From contig JAUSGG010000089.1 in assembly GCA_030649165.1 (NCBI GenBank), positions 1 to 39,075 of the forward strand: DNA of 39,075 nt, written 5' to 3'. Of this stretch, positions 9,196 through 18,789 are shown piece by piece. Positions within the stretch are counted from its first letter, which is position 1; every line of letters begins with the position of its first letter. A program made the translations under genes and the position numbers. The notes beneath the pieces were generated by a model. That model had not been told where the DNA came from. It was given only the letters and a program-made list of their open reading frames with translations, and did not search any database. Source of the stretch: Armatimonadota bacterium (GTDB lineage Bacteria > Armatimonadota > UBA5829 > JAUSEB01).

Positions 9196-11301
9196 TCACG
9201 TCACGTAGACTATCACCGGAATCAGCCCAAGGGGCATGAATTCCTGGTATTTTATCAGCAGGCTGCGCTCCTTGACGGCATTCTTCTCTCGCGCGAACGC
9301 CCCCATCTCCGCTCCATCCCGCGCTCCCTCCGCGATGGAAGCGTCTACGGTCTCCAGGAGCTGAGCATAACCCGGCCGGCCGAACTCGCGTGAAGTGAAA
9401 AGCGGCTCTTCCGCCGCCAGTTCCACGCTTTCGTACTGTCTGGGCAGGGCGCTACCCGTGACCCACGCGGTGAAGCGCGCGCAGCCGTCCTGCCTATCCT
9501 CCACGGTCGTGAAACCGTTCAGAATGCACTCGCTGGCGCGCAGTCGATGCGCGCGACTCGGCCCCAGAACCGTGCAGCGGCTAAGGACCGCCTCGCCGTG
9601 AGCCAGATCGATGGCCTTCTCGCCCCCGATTGACTGAACGATGCTGTCCGTTATCTTCAACTCCTCGATCTCGCCGGAATCGTCCGTGATCGGCCCCAAT
9701 ATGCAGCGATCTATGGTCAAGCTCCTCACTTGTCCTATGATTCGCAAGCGACAGGGGACCAGGTTCCGGCCGTCCGCGGCCTTCGCATACCCACCGGACA
9801 GCGGATCGGCGTTGCCGGGATCGAGCGTGCAACACCTCAAGGTGACGGCGTCGAAGACACCGTCCACCACGACATCGCCGCCGCTGACAAAGAGACCATC
9901 CAACTCGAGTTCGCTGCCGGCCTTTCCAGTGAAAGTCCACGTGGAATTCTCTTTCAGCCGTATCAACGGACGCTCGTGGTTGTTGGCGCGAATCGCGATT
10001 CGCGTGACTTGGTCCTGATGGCCCACTGTTGCGCCGCTGTTCGGTTCGTAGGTCAGGGAGTCCTGTATGTCGACGGCTCCGACCCAGTTGGCGGCGAGCT
10101 TTGCCAGAGCCGTATCCAGGTCCCCGCCGGACGCTTCGACAGGTTCCGGCTGTTCAAGCAGTGTCCCGTCGGATATCCGACGGTTGTACGGCCCGGCTCC
10201 AATGTCGGACGCAAATCCGTAGTGGTACGACACGTGAATGTCGCTTCCGTCGTCCCCCTCTTGAAGAGTGAACCTGCCCCGCTCCGGATCGATCAGCGCT
10301 CGCTTGGCGCTGTCGCTCGGGTCCACCGTAACCTGATCGGCAGGAATAAGATCGTTCCCGTCCCCTTCGAACAAACCCAACGATTGATTCAGAAGGATAC
10401 CGCTGTTTTGTGAATCCAGCGCCGCGTAAAGGTTCTCTAATTCCACATTGAGCAACGGGCAACTGATCGCCGCGGGGAGCTGCCATTCCGCCGGAGAGAC
10501 CCACTCGTCCCCGACGGGCCTCATGCCCGCGGCAAACAGAGGTATATCGCGGCCTGTCGGGTCGAAAGTGTACTCGTCAGGGTGGTCTTCATCCCCGACG
10601 GGTTTTGCGTGGACAATGGGGAAACTCCTGAGCCGCCAAAGGAAGACGCCGAGGCGCGGAATATTATGCCAGCCGACCTGGCCGCGTCCACGGCGGAAGT
10701 CGGCGCTGTAGGAGAATTCGTCAAACGCGGAATGCGCTTTGCGGCCGGCGTACGCCGCTCTCAAATCCGCATACCCTCCGATGCAGGTTCGAGTCGAGCC
10801 GACGACCAGCCCCTGAGCCGTCTGGAGCATTCGATAGCCCTCCGGGTTCGCGGTTGCGGAAGGCTGACCGATCTCCGGGTCCAGGCTGTGGCGCGTTCGG
10901 CTCATCCGGCGGAAGAACTCGACAACTCGGGCGCTCCAACCGGTGGTGTTCGTGGCAAGTTCTTCCAGCAGCGCGACGGTCCCCTTGCGTCGTCGATAGT
11001 AGATGGTCTTGGCGACGTCCAACCTCTGACCGCGCGCGTCCAGCGCGGCAACCAGGTTGGTCGCCAACAGGTCGCCTATGTAAGGGATGATCCAGTCATC
11101 GCACGTCTCGATGGACTGGTCCTCCCACAGCCGGTCGATGCTCCGTCGCACGATCGCGGCCTGTCGTCCGATACGGTCCACCATCTCACGAAGCGGGCCT
11201 TTTTTGTCGAAGTCGGGCGTGTCTTCCGTGCGATATATCTCCGGCAGAAGATTCCACAACTTCTCGGCATAGTATTCTTCGTAGTTGTCGATATCGATCA
11301 A
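9196..11301 (-). CDS. P2 gpI-like baseplate wedge protein (Tail_P2_I family), Afp12-position
   Basis: The N-terminus matches the gpI family pattern (LLPEIYRTEDTP...DWIIPYIGDLLA...YYRRRKGTVALLEELATNTTGW). The first codon is TTG at 11301, with TAG-A-TTG coupling to the upstream gene. Confidence 0.6.
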   Translation of the reverse strand: MIDIDNYEEYYAEKLWNLLPEIYRTEDTPDFDKKGPLREMVDRIGRQAAIVRRSIDRLWEDQSIETCDDWIIPYIGDLLATNLVAALDARGQRLDVAKTIYYRRRKGTVALLEELATNTTGWSARVVEFFRRMSRTRHSLDPEIGQPSATANPEGYRMLQTAQGLVVGSTRTCIGGYADLRAAYAGRKAHSAFDEFSYSADFRRGRGQVGWHNIPRLGVFLWRLRSFPIVHAKPVGDEDHPDEYTFDPTGRDIPLFAAGMRPVGDEWVSPAEWQLPAAISCPLLNVELENLYAALDSQNSGILLNQSLGLFEGDGNDLIPADQVTVDPSDSAKRALIDPERGRFTLQEGDDGSDIHVSYHYGFASDIGAGPYNRRISDGTLLEQPEPVEASGGDLDTALAKLAANWVGAVDIQDSLTYEPNSGATVGHQDQVTRIAIRANNHERPLIRLKENSTWTFTGKAGSELELDGLFVSGGDVVVDGVFDAVTLRCCTLDPGNADPLSGGYAKAADGRNLVPCRLRIIGQVRSLTIDRCILGPITDDSGEIEELKITDSIVQSIGGEKAIDLAHGEAVLSRCTVLGPSRAHRLRASECILNGFTTVEDRQDGCARFTAWVTGSALPRQYESVELAAEEPLFTSREFGRPGYAQLLETVDASIAEGARDGAEMGAFAREKNAVKERSLLIKYQEFMPLGLIPVIVYVT

Positions 11302-11302
11302 T

Positions 11303-13762
11303 CTATCCCCCCGGAGTGACAGTTAGAGACTTACTCGTGAGCTGATAAAACCCACCCTCGCCGGGGTCGTGACGAATGTTGGTGTCCGGCGTCTTAGTGG
11401 AAAAGGAAAGCGCGCTCACGGCAATGACACCCGGAACACTCCGACAAGCGGCATATATCTGGCTGTCGAATATGGACTGCCCGATACGTATGACGTTCGC
11501 GCCAAAGAGTCCCTTGTCGGGATCCAACAACGCGGATCGAACACCGACCTCGACCATCCGGCCATCGTAGTCCGCATCGACGCGAATGGACAAGCTCAGA
11601 TCGACAGGAATCGGGTTCGCCGCTTCAACGACCACTGGACGATTGGGGTCGCCGGCGACCCGCAGCGCGGTCTGCGCGTCCTCTTTTGCCCGCTGATCGT
11701 CTCCAACGTAAACCTTTACCACGCCGCGCTGCTGCTGGGCGTCAAAGGACCAATACGCTCGCGCGCGCGATACGCTGGGAGTCTGCGCGGCAATGGCCTC
11801 ATAGTCGTCGGCTGACACGGCCCGGTTAAAGGCAAGCACGGATCGCGGGGCGTAACGACGAATCTGCTTCGGCGGGTCCGGATCGGCGCCTCCCCCGACC
11901 GACACCGGATTCTTGACGGACCGAAGGTTGGGAATGGGTTGGACAATCTCCGTCAGCGTTCCGGCAGGGACCGGTTCCGCTCCGCTGCCATACCGGTAGG
12001 TCGCTTTCACATTGTCTTTCCCCGTCGGGAGCCTTGCCCAGTTGACGCCGTCCCCGAACAGAACGTGTGTCTTGTTGTCCTCATCTTCTCTGGTCACGAA
12101 CACACGGGCATCGGGCGGTTGTCCGTAGAAACTGGAAACCTCTTTCCACTCGATGCCGTCTACCCAGACTCGCAGCGTGCTCCTGTAGCTCCCGGTCGAA
12201 GACGAGTCTTCGCTCAACAGGTACGTTAGAGGCGACTTCCCGAGGACGAACTCCTGTCCCGCCAGGCTCGCGCTTCCACTGCCAAGCGTCTCAAGCGAAA
12301 CGGTCTGTCCTTGAGAGACGGGGAGCAGCGCGAACAGCAGGCGCAGCGGCGCCGACAGTTCCGGCGGCGACTTGGACTCTGAGGTGATTACAATTGTCGC
12401 CGGCGACTCGGGGACCGTTGAAACCTTCACAACGTCGCCGCGTCCATGCGCGTCTTCTACAAACGCCGCCCCACTTGGAACCCCGTCCCCCGAGGCGGCG
12501 AGCAGCGTGTTGGACCCCCCAGAGATCGTTTCGGCGGGCGCGCCGATCAGCTCTCCTACATCCTGCCAACCGAATAGGACCTGCGCGCAGCCGTCCGGCA
12601 CGCCCTCCGCAAGGTCGATCTGGGTGTGCAAAACCGGAACGGCGGGGGTTGTGCCGGGGTCCTCCAGCTTACCGGGGTTGTTTGCATACCAGACAACCTC
12701 GCGGTAGCCCGTGACGATGACAATATAGAAGTCAGGATCTTCCCCCGGCGTCTCAAACAGCACACGCTCGCCAACGGCAATATCCCGAGACACCCCGACG
12801 AGATCGGCCAAGAAGCGGTCCGCTGGCGGGGGCAGGGGTGTCGCCTGCGCCGAGGGCGCGACGATGTCCGCAACAATCTTCGTATCGAGCTTTGCTATGG
12901 TGGACCCCTTGAGGTCGGCTACCATCTGCCCGCTGCCAGACTTGATAGGCTTCTTGCTTGCCGAGCCGCCGCCGAAGCTAAGCTTCCATATTTTGGAGGA
13001 ACGCGCGCTCTTCAGCAGCCTGTAATCCGCGGCCTTGGCCTCGTTGGGTACCTGCGGAGTTTCAGCAAACCATATCCTCGTATTCGGTTTTCCGCGCAAG
13101 TCCTTCTCCGGCTGCAACTGTTTGACCGTGAGCCATGCGTGGGATTGGTCCCCCGCGAGCAGCAGGCGGTCGCCAATCTTGACGGACGTTATCGCGCCTT
13201 TCAACAGCACACTGTCACCGGTCCCCATCAGATCAGGGTTCGGCGCCAGGTCCACATCCACGACATCCGGCGCTTGGATAACCGTCGCCGCGTCCAGTTC
13301 GAATATCCGCGGCTGCCGGCCCGGCCCGGGCTTGCTCCGAATCTGAAATCCCCTGGGCAGTGTCACCGGCCCTTGCCCCTGGATAAGCGCGGCGAGGTCT
13401 CCCCGCGCTCCTATACCCGGACGCGGACGGTAGCCGAGGACGCGGATGAGCCGCCGGACGCTCTCCGGCAGGCACGCCGTTCGCAGATACGCCTCGTTCG
13501 CGATGCGTTCGTTGTAGAATGTCAAGATGTCCGCCAGATACGCCCACCACTCCGCCATTTGGACCGCCAAATCACCGGTCACGCCGGGACGCCAGTTGAT
13601 GAGTTCCTTCTCAGAGAGCGCCGGATCGAGCGGAAGCAGGAGCGCCTGGCGGAACGCCGCGTAGTCCCCCGTGCGATAGGCGATCGCGGAGAAGCCCGGC
13701 TTGTTGGAAACGGCAATCGGGTGAATGAAAGTATCGCAGGGACAGGCGCGTTCTTTGCTCAT
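11303..13762 (-). CDS. Baseplate-J-like wedge protein, paralogue 2 (gp6/gp7-like; Afp11/12-like)
   Basis: ATGA overlap with the upstream gene, and GGAGGGAGG RBS. Baseplate_J-like motif: DLAVQMAEWWAYLADILTFYNERIANEAYLRTA...LIRVLGYRPRPGIGARGDLAA. Confidence 0.6.
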   Translation of the reverse strand: MSKERACPCDTFIHPIAVSNKPGFSAIAYRTGDYAAFRQALLLPLDPALSEKELINWRPGVTGDLAVQMAEWWAYLADILTFYNERIANEAYLRTACLPESVRRLIRVLGYRPRPGIGARGDLAALIQGQGPVTLPRGFQIRSKPGPGRQPRIFELDAATVIQAPDVVDVDLAPNPDLMGTGDSVLLKGAITSVKIGDRLLLAGDQSHAWLTVKQLQPEKDLRGKPNTRIWFAETPQVPNEAKAADYRLLKSARSSKIWKLSFGGGSASKKPIKSGSGQMVADLKGSTIAKLDTKIVADIVAPSAQATPLPPPADRFLADLVGVSRDIAVGERVLFETPGEDPDFYIVIVTGYREVVWYANNPGKLEDPGTTPAVPVLHTQIDLAEGVPDGCAQVLFGWQDVGELIGAPAETISGGSNTLLAASGDGVPSGAAFVEDAHGRGDVVKVSTVPESPATIVITSESKSPPELSAPLRLLFALLPVSQGQTVSLETLGSGSASLAGQEFVLGKSPLTYLLSEDSSSTGSYRSTLRVWVDGIEWKEVSSFYGQPPDARVFVTREDEDNKTHVLFGDGVNWARLPTGKDNVKATYRYGSGAEPVPAGTLTEIVQPIPNLRSVKNPVSVGGGADPDPPKQIRRYAPRSVLAFNRAVSADDYEAIAAQTPSVSRARAYWSFDAQQQRGVVKVYVGDDQRAKEDAQTALRVAGDPNRPVVVEAANPIPVDLSLSIRVDADYDGRMVEVGVRSALLDPDKGLFGANVIRIGQSIFDSQIYAACRSVPGVIAVSALSFSTKTPDTNIRHDPGEGGFYQLTSKSLTVTPGG

Positions 13763-16116
13763 TTTCCTCCCTCCACGTTGACCTTCAGCGAACCTGCGTC
13801 CGGTCTGTTCGGATCGTTGTCCACCCGGACGATCTCATCTTTGCCCACCGTGAGCGTAGAAGGCAGTTCCTGGTAATCGACCGTCCGACCCCGCCAGCGG
13901 TAATGGATCGAACACACGCCCGCGACTCCCTGGGCCTGCTGGACAGCGGCCTCCAGCGCGCTCCGCTCCAGCGGCATGCCGAATGAGAAGCGGTCGTAGT
14001 GGAAGAACCCGATGGTCCCATCCGGCGACTTTTCGGCGCTCAAGGCAGACAGCACGGCGGCTTCGACATCTCCCTGGAAGGCGTCCGGTTGAGCGCAGAC
14101 GTCGACCTGGAGGTCGAGCGAAGCGTAGCGCGGCTCCAGCGCATAGGATTCGTACCCCGCCATTCGATAGCGATTCAGCAAATCGATCAGCGTCTTATGG
14201 TTTTCTACGGCCAGCACATCAGTACCACGAGGGTCGACCGTCGTGAAAACGGTCAGCCAACTCCCCGTCCAGCGAAAACCCGTTCCGGCGCGCTGGACCC
14301 AGGGCAGCTCGCAGGCCGCTTTTTCATAATCCTCCGGTCTGACCGCGCGAAACTGCTTTGCCCGGAACCGCTGAGGAGCCAGTCTCTTAACGCGCTCGTC
14401 CGGCTCTTCGTCGACGCCTCCCTCCGCGGGGAATGGGTTCGTGACGGCATTCACGAACTCCGCTCCGGCAGCGGACGGATCCACCCGATTGATGCTGTCC
14501 GCGGCGACGTTCCCGGCCGATCCGTCCGAGACGCGGTACGTCACGGTGAAAGACGCGCCACTGTCGGGGACTTCACCGAAGACTCCGTCCCCGAATCGGA
14601 TGGTATAGCCATCGTCACCCGCGTAATCCTGCGCGATGTGCCCATTTGCCAATCGCGCGCACACGCCAAAACGAACGGCATCCAGCGTGAACGCCGATTC
14701 CGATTCGGCCGCCTGCAGCAGGCTTCGACGCCACGTCCACGCGCGCCCGCCGACGGCGTCGCGCTGAGTCAACTGTATCTCAGGCAGCGGGTCCGCCGCC
14801 GGGTCGTCCCGTCCAAGCCAGGCCAACGGTCCGCGGCGCAGCGTGTACAAGCGCTGGCGTACCGGCGACTGCGGCGCGCTATTGGGACCGGCGCGGACGA
14901 CGGCGGCCGTCGCGGTTTCGACGCTCGGAGAATCACCGTCAATCCGAAACGCTTCGATGAAGCGTCTTCCCTGTGTCGCCCAGACCAGATTCCCCGCCAC
15001 GACGGTCGCGCTCAGATCGTGGCAGTATTTCAGAGCGTCGTCCTCGCGCCAGTGAAGGAGCGTGATCTTCGCTTGGTACAGCGGATCGAATTCCTTCACG
15101 GGATCTCGGTCCAGCCGGACGATCTCCCGAACCGGCGGCGAACCCGGCGCCGACTGCGTCTCGATTAGAAGCAATTGGCCGATGGTAAGACCCATGTCAT
15201 GCCCCTGGACCCACATCTGAGTCGAACCGGCAAGCAGACAACGCTCGGTGTCGTCCCAGATGTAGGGATCGATGCGGTTCCATTTCGGGCTGACAACGAA
15301 ATCCGTCGGGTCCACCAGCCCACTCCCCGTCTCGAACCGGATGATCGCCCCATCCGGACCCTGGGCGCTGACCGGCAGGCCGGAGGGCAACGAATTGCCG
15401 CTAACGTTGAATTGCAGCAATACTCGGGCGGCGGTGGCCGGTCTTGGCTCATAGTCCACCAGACGCGCGTGCCGCACGATGGAACGGCGCTGGGTCGCCG
15501 TATCGAGATAGGCTTCGGCGGCAATGCGGTCCTGCGTGTAGCTCAGATCGTCCGCCAGGGCGCAAAGCGCCTCCATAAACATCATGCCTAAGTCGGCTTC
15601 CGAACGCTCCCGCCACTCCGGGTAGCGCTCGGCCGAGAAATCCAGAATCGCGCGCCGGAAGCTCTGGAAATCCTTGGCCATGTAGTCGATGGGCGGCAGA
15701 TCGGCGGGCAGGGTGGGGCAGGCGACCAGAGGACGCGCGCAATCCAGCTTCGACGGGCAGCCTGCTTTGAATGAAAACTGGGCGCTCGCGAAATACGGAT
15801 CGAGCACGTTGCTGATCTCCGGACCGCTGAGCGTCAAAGCGTAATTGGAGAAGTCGCCAGGCTCCTTCACCTTAAGGGTCAGGACCAGGTGTCCGCCGTC
15901 CTCTGTCCAGCCGGCAACGGACTCGACTGGAACGGTCGGAATAGTCTGGCCGCCGGTGATCGTCACCGTCTCGATCTTCTCCTTCACGGAGACCTTGTTG
16001 AAAAAGTGGGCGCGCAGCGTTGTCTGATCGTTCGACACCTCGACGAAGTCGATGCCGTTGAACTTGGGTATATCTTCGAGCAGGCTGGCCCGTCGGTCCT
16101 TTGATACTTCTGTCAC
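13759..16116 (-). CDS. Baseplate-J-like wedge protein, paralogue 1 (gp6-like; Afp11-like)
   Basis: It lies immediately downstream of gp25. It has a similar motif (MFMEALCALADDLSYTQDRIAAEAYLDTATQRRSIVRHARLVDYEPRPATAARVLLQ). Confidence 0.6.
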   Translation of the reverse strand: MTEVSKDRRASLLEDIPKFNGIDFVEVSNDQTTLRAHFFNKVSVKEKIETVTITGGQTIPTVPVESVAGWTEDGGHLVLTLKVKEPGDFSNYALTLSGPEISNVLDPYFASAQFSFKAGCPSKLDCARPLVACPTLPADLPPIDYMAKDFQSFRRAILDFSAERYPEWRERSEADLGMMFMEALCALADDLSYTQDRIAAEAYLDTATQRRSIVRHARLVDYEPRPATAARVLLQFNVSGNSLPSGLPVSAQGPDGAIIRFETGSGLVDPTDFVVSPKWNRIDPYIWDDTERCLLAGSTQMWVQGHDMGLTIGQLLLIETQSAPGSPPVREIVRLDRDPVKEFDPLYQAKITLLHWREDDALKYCHDLSATVVAGNLVWATQGRRFIEAFRIDGDSPSVETATAAVVRAGPNSAPQSPVRQRLYTLRRGPLAWLGRDDPAADPLPEIQLTQRDAVGGRAWTWRRSLLQAAESESAFTLDAVRFGVCARLANGHIAQDYAGDDGYTIRFGDGVFGEVPDSGASFTVTYRVSDGSAGNVAADSINRVDPSAAGAEFVNAVTNPFPAEGGVDEEPDERVKRLAPQRFRAKQFRAVRPEDYEKAACELPWVQRAGTGFRWTGSWLTVFTTVDPRGTDVLAVENHKTLIDLLNRYRMAGYESYALEPRYASLDLQVDVCAQPDAFQGDVEAAVLSALSAEKSPDGTIGFFHYDRFSFGMPLERSALEAAVQQAQGVAGVCSIHYRWRGRTVDYQELPSTLTVGKDEIVRVDNDPNRPDAGSLKVNVEGGK

Positions 16117-16117
16117 G

Positions 16118-16495
16118 TCAGATCACCCGCACTTCCATTTGCTTGCCCGATAGTGTCCCGATCAGCGTGTAATCTATCCGGATCAGCAGTGTGGACTCGC
16201 CGGCCTCTTCCGGCGGTATAACTTCGACATTGTTCACCTCGATCTTGCCCTCCAGCCATCGGTCCAGCGCCTGGAAGACGAGCAACTGGACCGTGGCGGT
16301 CAACGGCTCGGAAAGCGGCGCGAAGATCAACTGCCGCAGCCCGCAGCCGAACTCCGGCAGGTTCACCCGCTCGCCCGGCGAGGTCAGCAGAACCTGCCGG
16401 ATCATCTGCTCCACGTGAGATTCATATCCGGTCTGCGCCGCCTGCCCCGATGCGGGGTCTATCCGAAACGGATAAGCGTAATCATGACGGTTCAT
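16118..16495 (-). CDS. Baseplate wedge protein gp25/GPW family (Afp9/TssE-like)
   Basis: YPFRIDPASG...LLTSPGERVNLPEFGCGLRQLIFAPL...VQLLVFQALDRWLEGKIEV matches the gp25 lysozyme-like baseplate family. ATG at 16495. Confidence 0.85.
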   Translation of the reverse strand: MNRHDYAYPFRIDPASGQAAQTGYESHVEQMIRQVLLTSPGERVNLPEFGCGLRQLIFAPLSEPLTATVQLLVFQALDRWLEGKIEVNNVEVIPPEEAGESTLLIRIDYTLIGTLSGKQMEVRVI

Positions 16496-16506
16496 AGATG
16501 CTTTTC

Positions 16507-16881
16507 CTACCTCCCCGACACGCGGGGCTGAGTGAACTGGATAATGGCTGTTCCCTGAACAGCCTGGTCAGCGGCGACGCACAATCCGACGCTCGCCTCC
16601 GTCAGGTCAAAATCGCCGCTGGACTTACTCTGCGCGGCGGGCTGGACCCAGCGCACCTCCACGCACGGATGCGCCACCGTGCCGATGAAGAACGGACATC
16701 CCACGACCAAGAACGTGTCCGAAGATCGCAATAGCGGATCTCCCGCCGCCTTCGATCGAGTATTCGTCGTTATCGCATTGACCGTGCCCCCGTGGGGGCA
16801 GGTTATGACGCTTGATGTTGTAAGTAAGCCTGACAATTGTTGGACCTCTCGCAAACCTATCTGCGCCCGGCATATCTCCAC
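16507..16881 (-). CDS. PAAR-like spike-tip protein (DUF4280 family); start uncertain (GTG at 16881)
   Basis: VITCPHGG...GCPFFIGTVAHPCVEVRWVQ...GLCVAADQAVQGTAIIQF fits the DUF4280 Cys/His pattern. It lies 11 nt upstream of gp25. Confidence 0.6.
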   Translation of the reverse strand: MEICRAQIGLREVQQLSGLLTTSSVITCPHGGTVNAITTNTRSKAAGDPLLRSSDTFLVVGCPFFIGTVAHPCVEVRWVQPAAQSKSSGDFDLTEASVGLCVAADQAVQGTAIIQFTQPRVSGR

Positions 16882-16980
16882 TCAAAGTGTAGGAACATCG
16901 CATCTGCGCTGCTTCCAAGATCGTCAATTGTTCGCATTCGTGTAACGGCCTATTGTTGAGAGCATTCTGCCGTTCTGTCG

Positions 16981-18432
16981 TCACCGCCCCCTCGCAGTAA
17001 GACGGCGGACCAGAGCGAAGTAATGGGAATTGATGAACGAATCCGGTGTGTAGGTTCGCAACACCGCAACCGTGTAGAATCCCTCCGAGTACAAGTGTAC
17101 CTTCAACGGATTCCACCAGGAGGTTCCCCAATCGCGGGGATAAAGGTTCCGCATCTGAAGCTCGCCCTCGAACTGAACGCGCACCTCACCCCGTGCAGCC
17201 GCCTCTTCCGACACACCATGGCCCCCTGCAATCTCAGCCATCGTAACAGCAGGCCCGGTAGTAAACCCTCCGGTCGCAAACTCGACGGCTTTAGGTGCGA
17301 TGAGTTCCTTAACGCGCCCTGCATGGCGGGGGTCGCCGTATTCGGTAAGCAGTTGCCAGAACAGGCTCTCGCCAGGGGACAGACTCTCGCCCCTCGCTTG
17401 AGAGTCCGATATCAACTCAGCGATAGCTTGGCGATATACCTCGTGGACGAACTCATTGCAGTTGACAGTTCGAAGGTCGTCCGCAGTGGAGAACGGGTTG
17501 CCTGGGATTCTCAAGTACCGTCGTCCCTCGATGATGCTGACAGCTCGATCACGGATCTGAGAGGCACAAGGTCCCCGAAACCTTAGGACAGCGCCGCCGC
17601 GCGCATTGGCGGGATCAAAGAAAGACCTGGTGGTTACGGTCTCGTAACCATTCGCTTCCGTGTGGTGGACCGTGCCGCTGTCCAGTGCAATCCCTCCGTG
17701 GTTGTACTGCTCGCCAATGATGGTGACAAGCGGATTCTTGCCTGAAAAGGTACCTGCCCTGACGACTACATCGCCGGGCTCGATTTCCTGCTGTCCCGCC
17801 GTCAGGCCGGACGCATCTACCGTCTCTTGTGCGCCAACAGCTTGACAGGCCAGACCGATCCCGGTTCGCAGCATAATATCTATGGTTGCTAGATTGGAAG
17901 TGACCGAGCGACTGGCATGCGCCGCCTCTCTCTCCATTGGGAGCGACGACGGTGACGTACACGCGACAGCGCCGCTCGCACATTGCTGTAACGTATGCGC
18001 GATCTCGTGGGCAAGCAATCCCCTGCCCGCACTCGTACCCGGCGAGTACTGTCCTGCACCAAATGCCACATCCCTCCCCACCGTATAAGCCAGCGCCCCC
18101 ACCGCCCTTGCCGACTCCGCCGCCTTCGCATCCGTATGCACTCTCACATCGCCGAAATCGTGCGCGAACCGCTCCTCCATGAACCCGCGAATACCCGGCC
18201 CCAGCGGCTCGCCCGGCGAACGCAGAACCTCGTGCACGATCGGCGGTACGCCGCCGGGCGCGACTTGACTGGGGCGAAGCTGCTGTCGCTCCCTTTTTGG
18301 CATCCGCAAGAGAGCCTGATTGCCCGGCCCCTGCCCTGCCTCAACGACGCGCCGGCCAGGCGATCTTGCCAACTCCGCCTTTGCCGACTCTCGGGTCGTC
18401 TTGTTTTCAGTAGTCACGGTGCGTGTTTTCAC
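16981..18432 (-). CDS. DUF4157 (zincin-like HExxH) domain protein with ~320 aa uncharacterised C-terminal domain; eCIS cargo/effector candidate B
   Basis: FMEERFAHDFGDVRVHTDAKAAESARAVGALAYTVGRDVAFGAGQYSPGTSAGRGLLAHEIAHTLQQ is a canonical DUF4157 block. The C-terminal region, with NHGGIALDSGTVHHTEANG, is unrecognised. Start is GTG at 18432. Confidence 0.7.
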   Translation of the reverse strand: MKTRTVTTENKTTRESAKAELARSPGRRVVEAGQGPGNQALLRMPKRERQQLRPSQVAPGGVPPIVHEVLRSPGEPLGPGIRGFMEERFAHDFGDVRVHTDAKAAESARAVGALAYTVGRDVAFGAGQYSPGTSAGRGLLAHEIAHTLQQCASGAVACTSPSSLPMEREAAHASRSVTSNLATIDIMLRTGIGLACQAVGAQETVDASGLTAGQQEIEPGDVVVRAGTFSGKNPLVTIIGEQYNHGGIALDSGTVHHTEANGYETVTTRSFFDPANARGGAVLRFRGPCASQIRDRAVSIIEGRRYLRIPGNPFSTADDLRTVNCNEFVHEVYRQAIAELISDSQARGESLSPGESLFWQLLTEYGDPRHAGRVKELIAPKAVEFATGGFTTGPAVTMAEIAGGHGVSEEAAARGEVRVQFEGELQMRNLYPRDWGTSWWNPLKVHLYSEGFYTVAVLRTYTPDSFINSHYFALVRRLTARGR

Positions 18433-18443
18433 TCATTCAGCCT

Positions 18444-18725
18444 TCAGGCGGCCTGCGTCGGCCCACCGAACATCTTCTCGACCACAGCCGTCAAGATCGG
18501 GCCGGCATGGTCAATGATCTCGGCGGAGTAGATCCACCCGCCGCTGTCGTGGCCGCGGATCATGATCGCGCGGTTCTCGTAATCCTCCAGTCGGATTTCG
18601 GCGCTCTCCGGCGGGCGAGCCTCCTGCATCCCCATGCCGGTCAACCTCGCGCTGCCGCCGGCTCCTGCGGGCGACAGACGGTGGAATTCGCCGCCCTTCA
18701 CGATACCGAACATTTCCTCGTTCAT
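18444..18725 (-). CDS. Small hypothetical protein (93 aa), no TM segment; possible immunity/accessory protein
   Basis: ATG at 18725 with AAGGAGG 7 nt upstream (the tool-reported first M at 18728 is TTG). It lies downstream of the CHAP gene. Confidence 0.4.
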   Translation of the reverse strand: MNEEMFGIVKGGEFHRLSPAGAGGSARLTGMGMQEARPPESAEIRLEDYENRAIMIRGHDSGGWIYSAEIIDHAGPILTAVVEKMFGGPTQAA

Positions 18726-18789
18726 CAATGCGCCTCCTTATCAAAATGAAGTATCTGACATCAGACGAGAGACAACAGACCCGTAGTCT

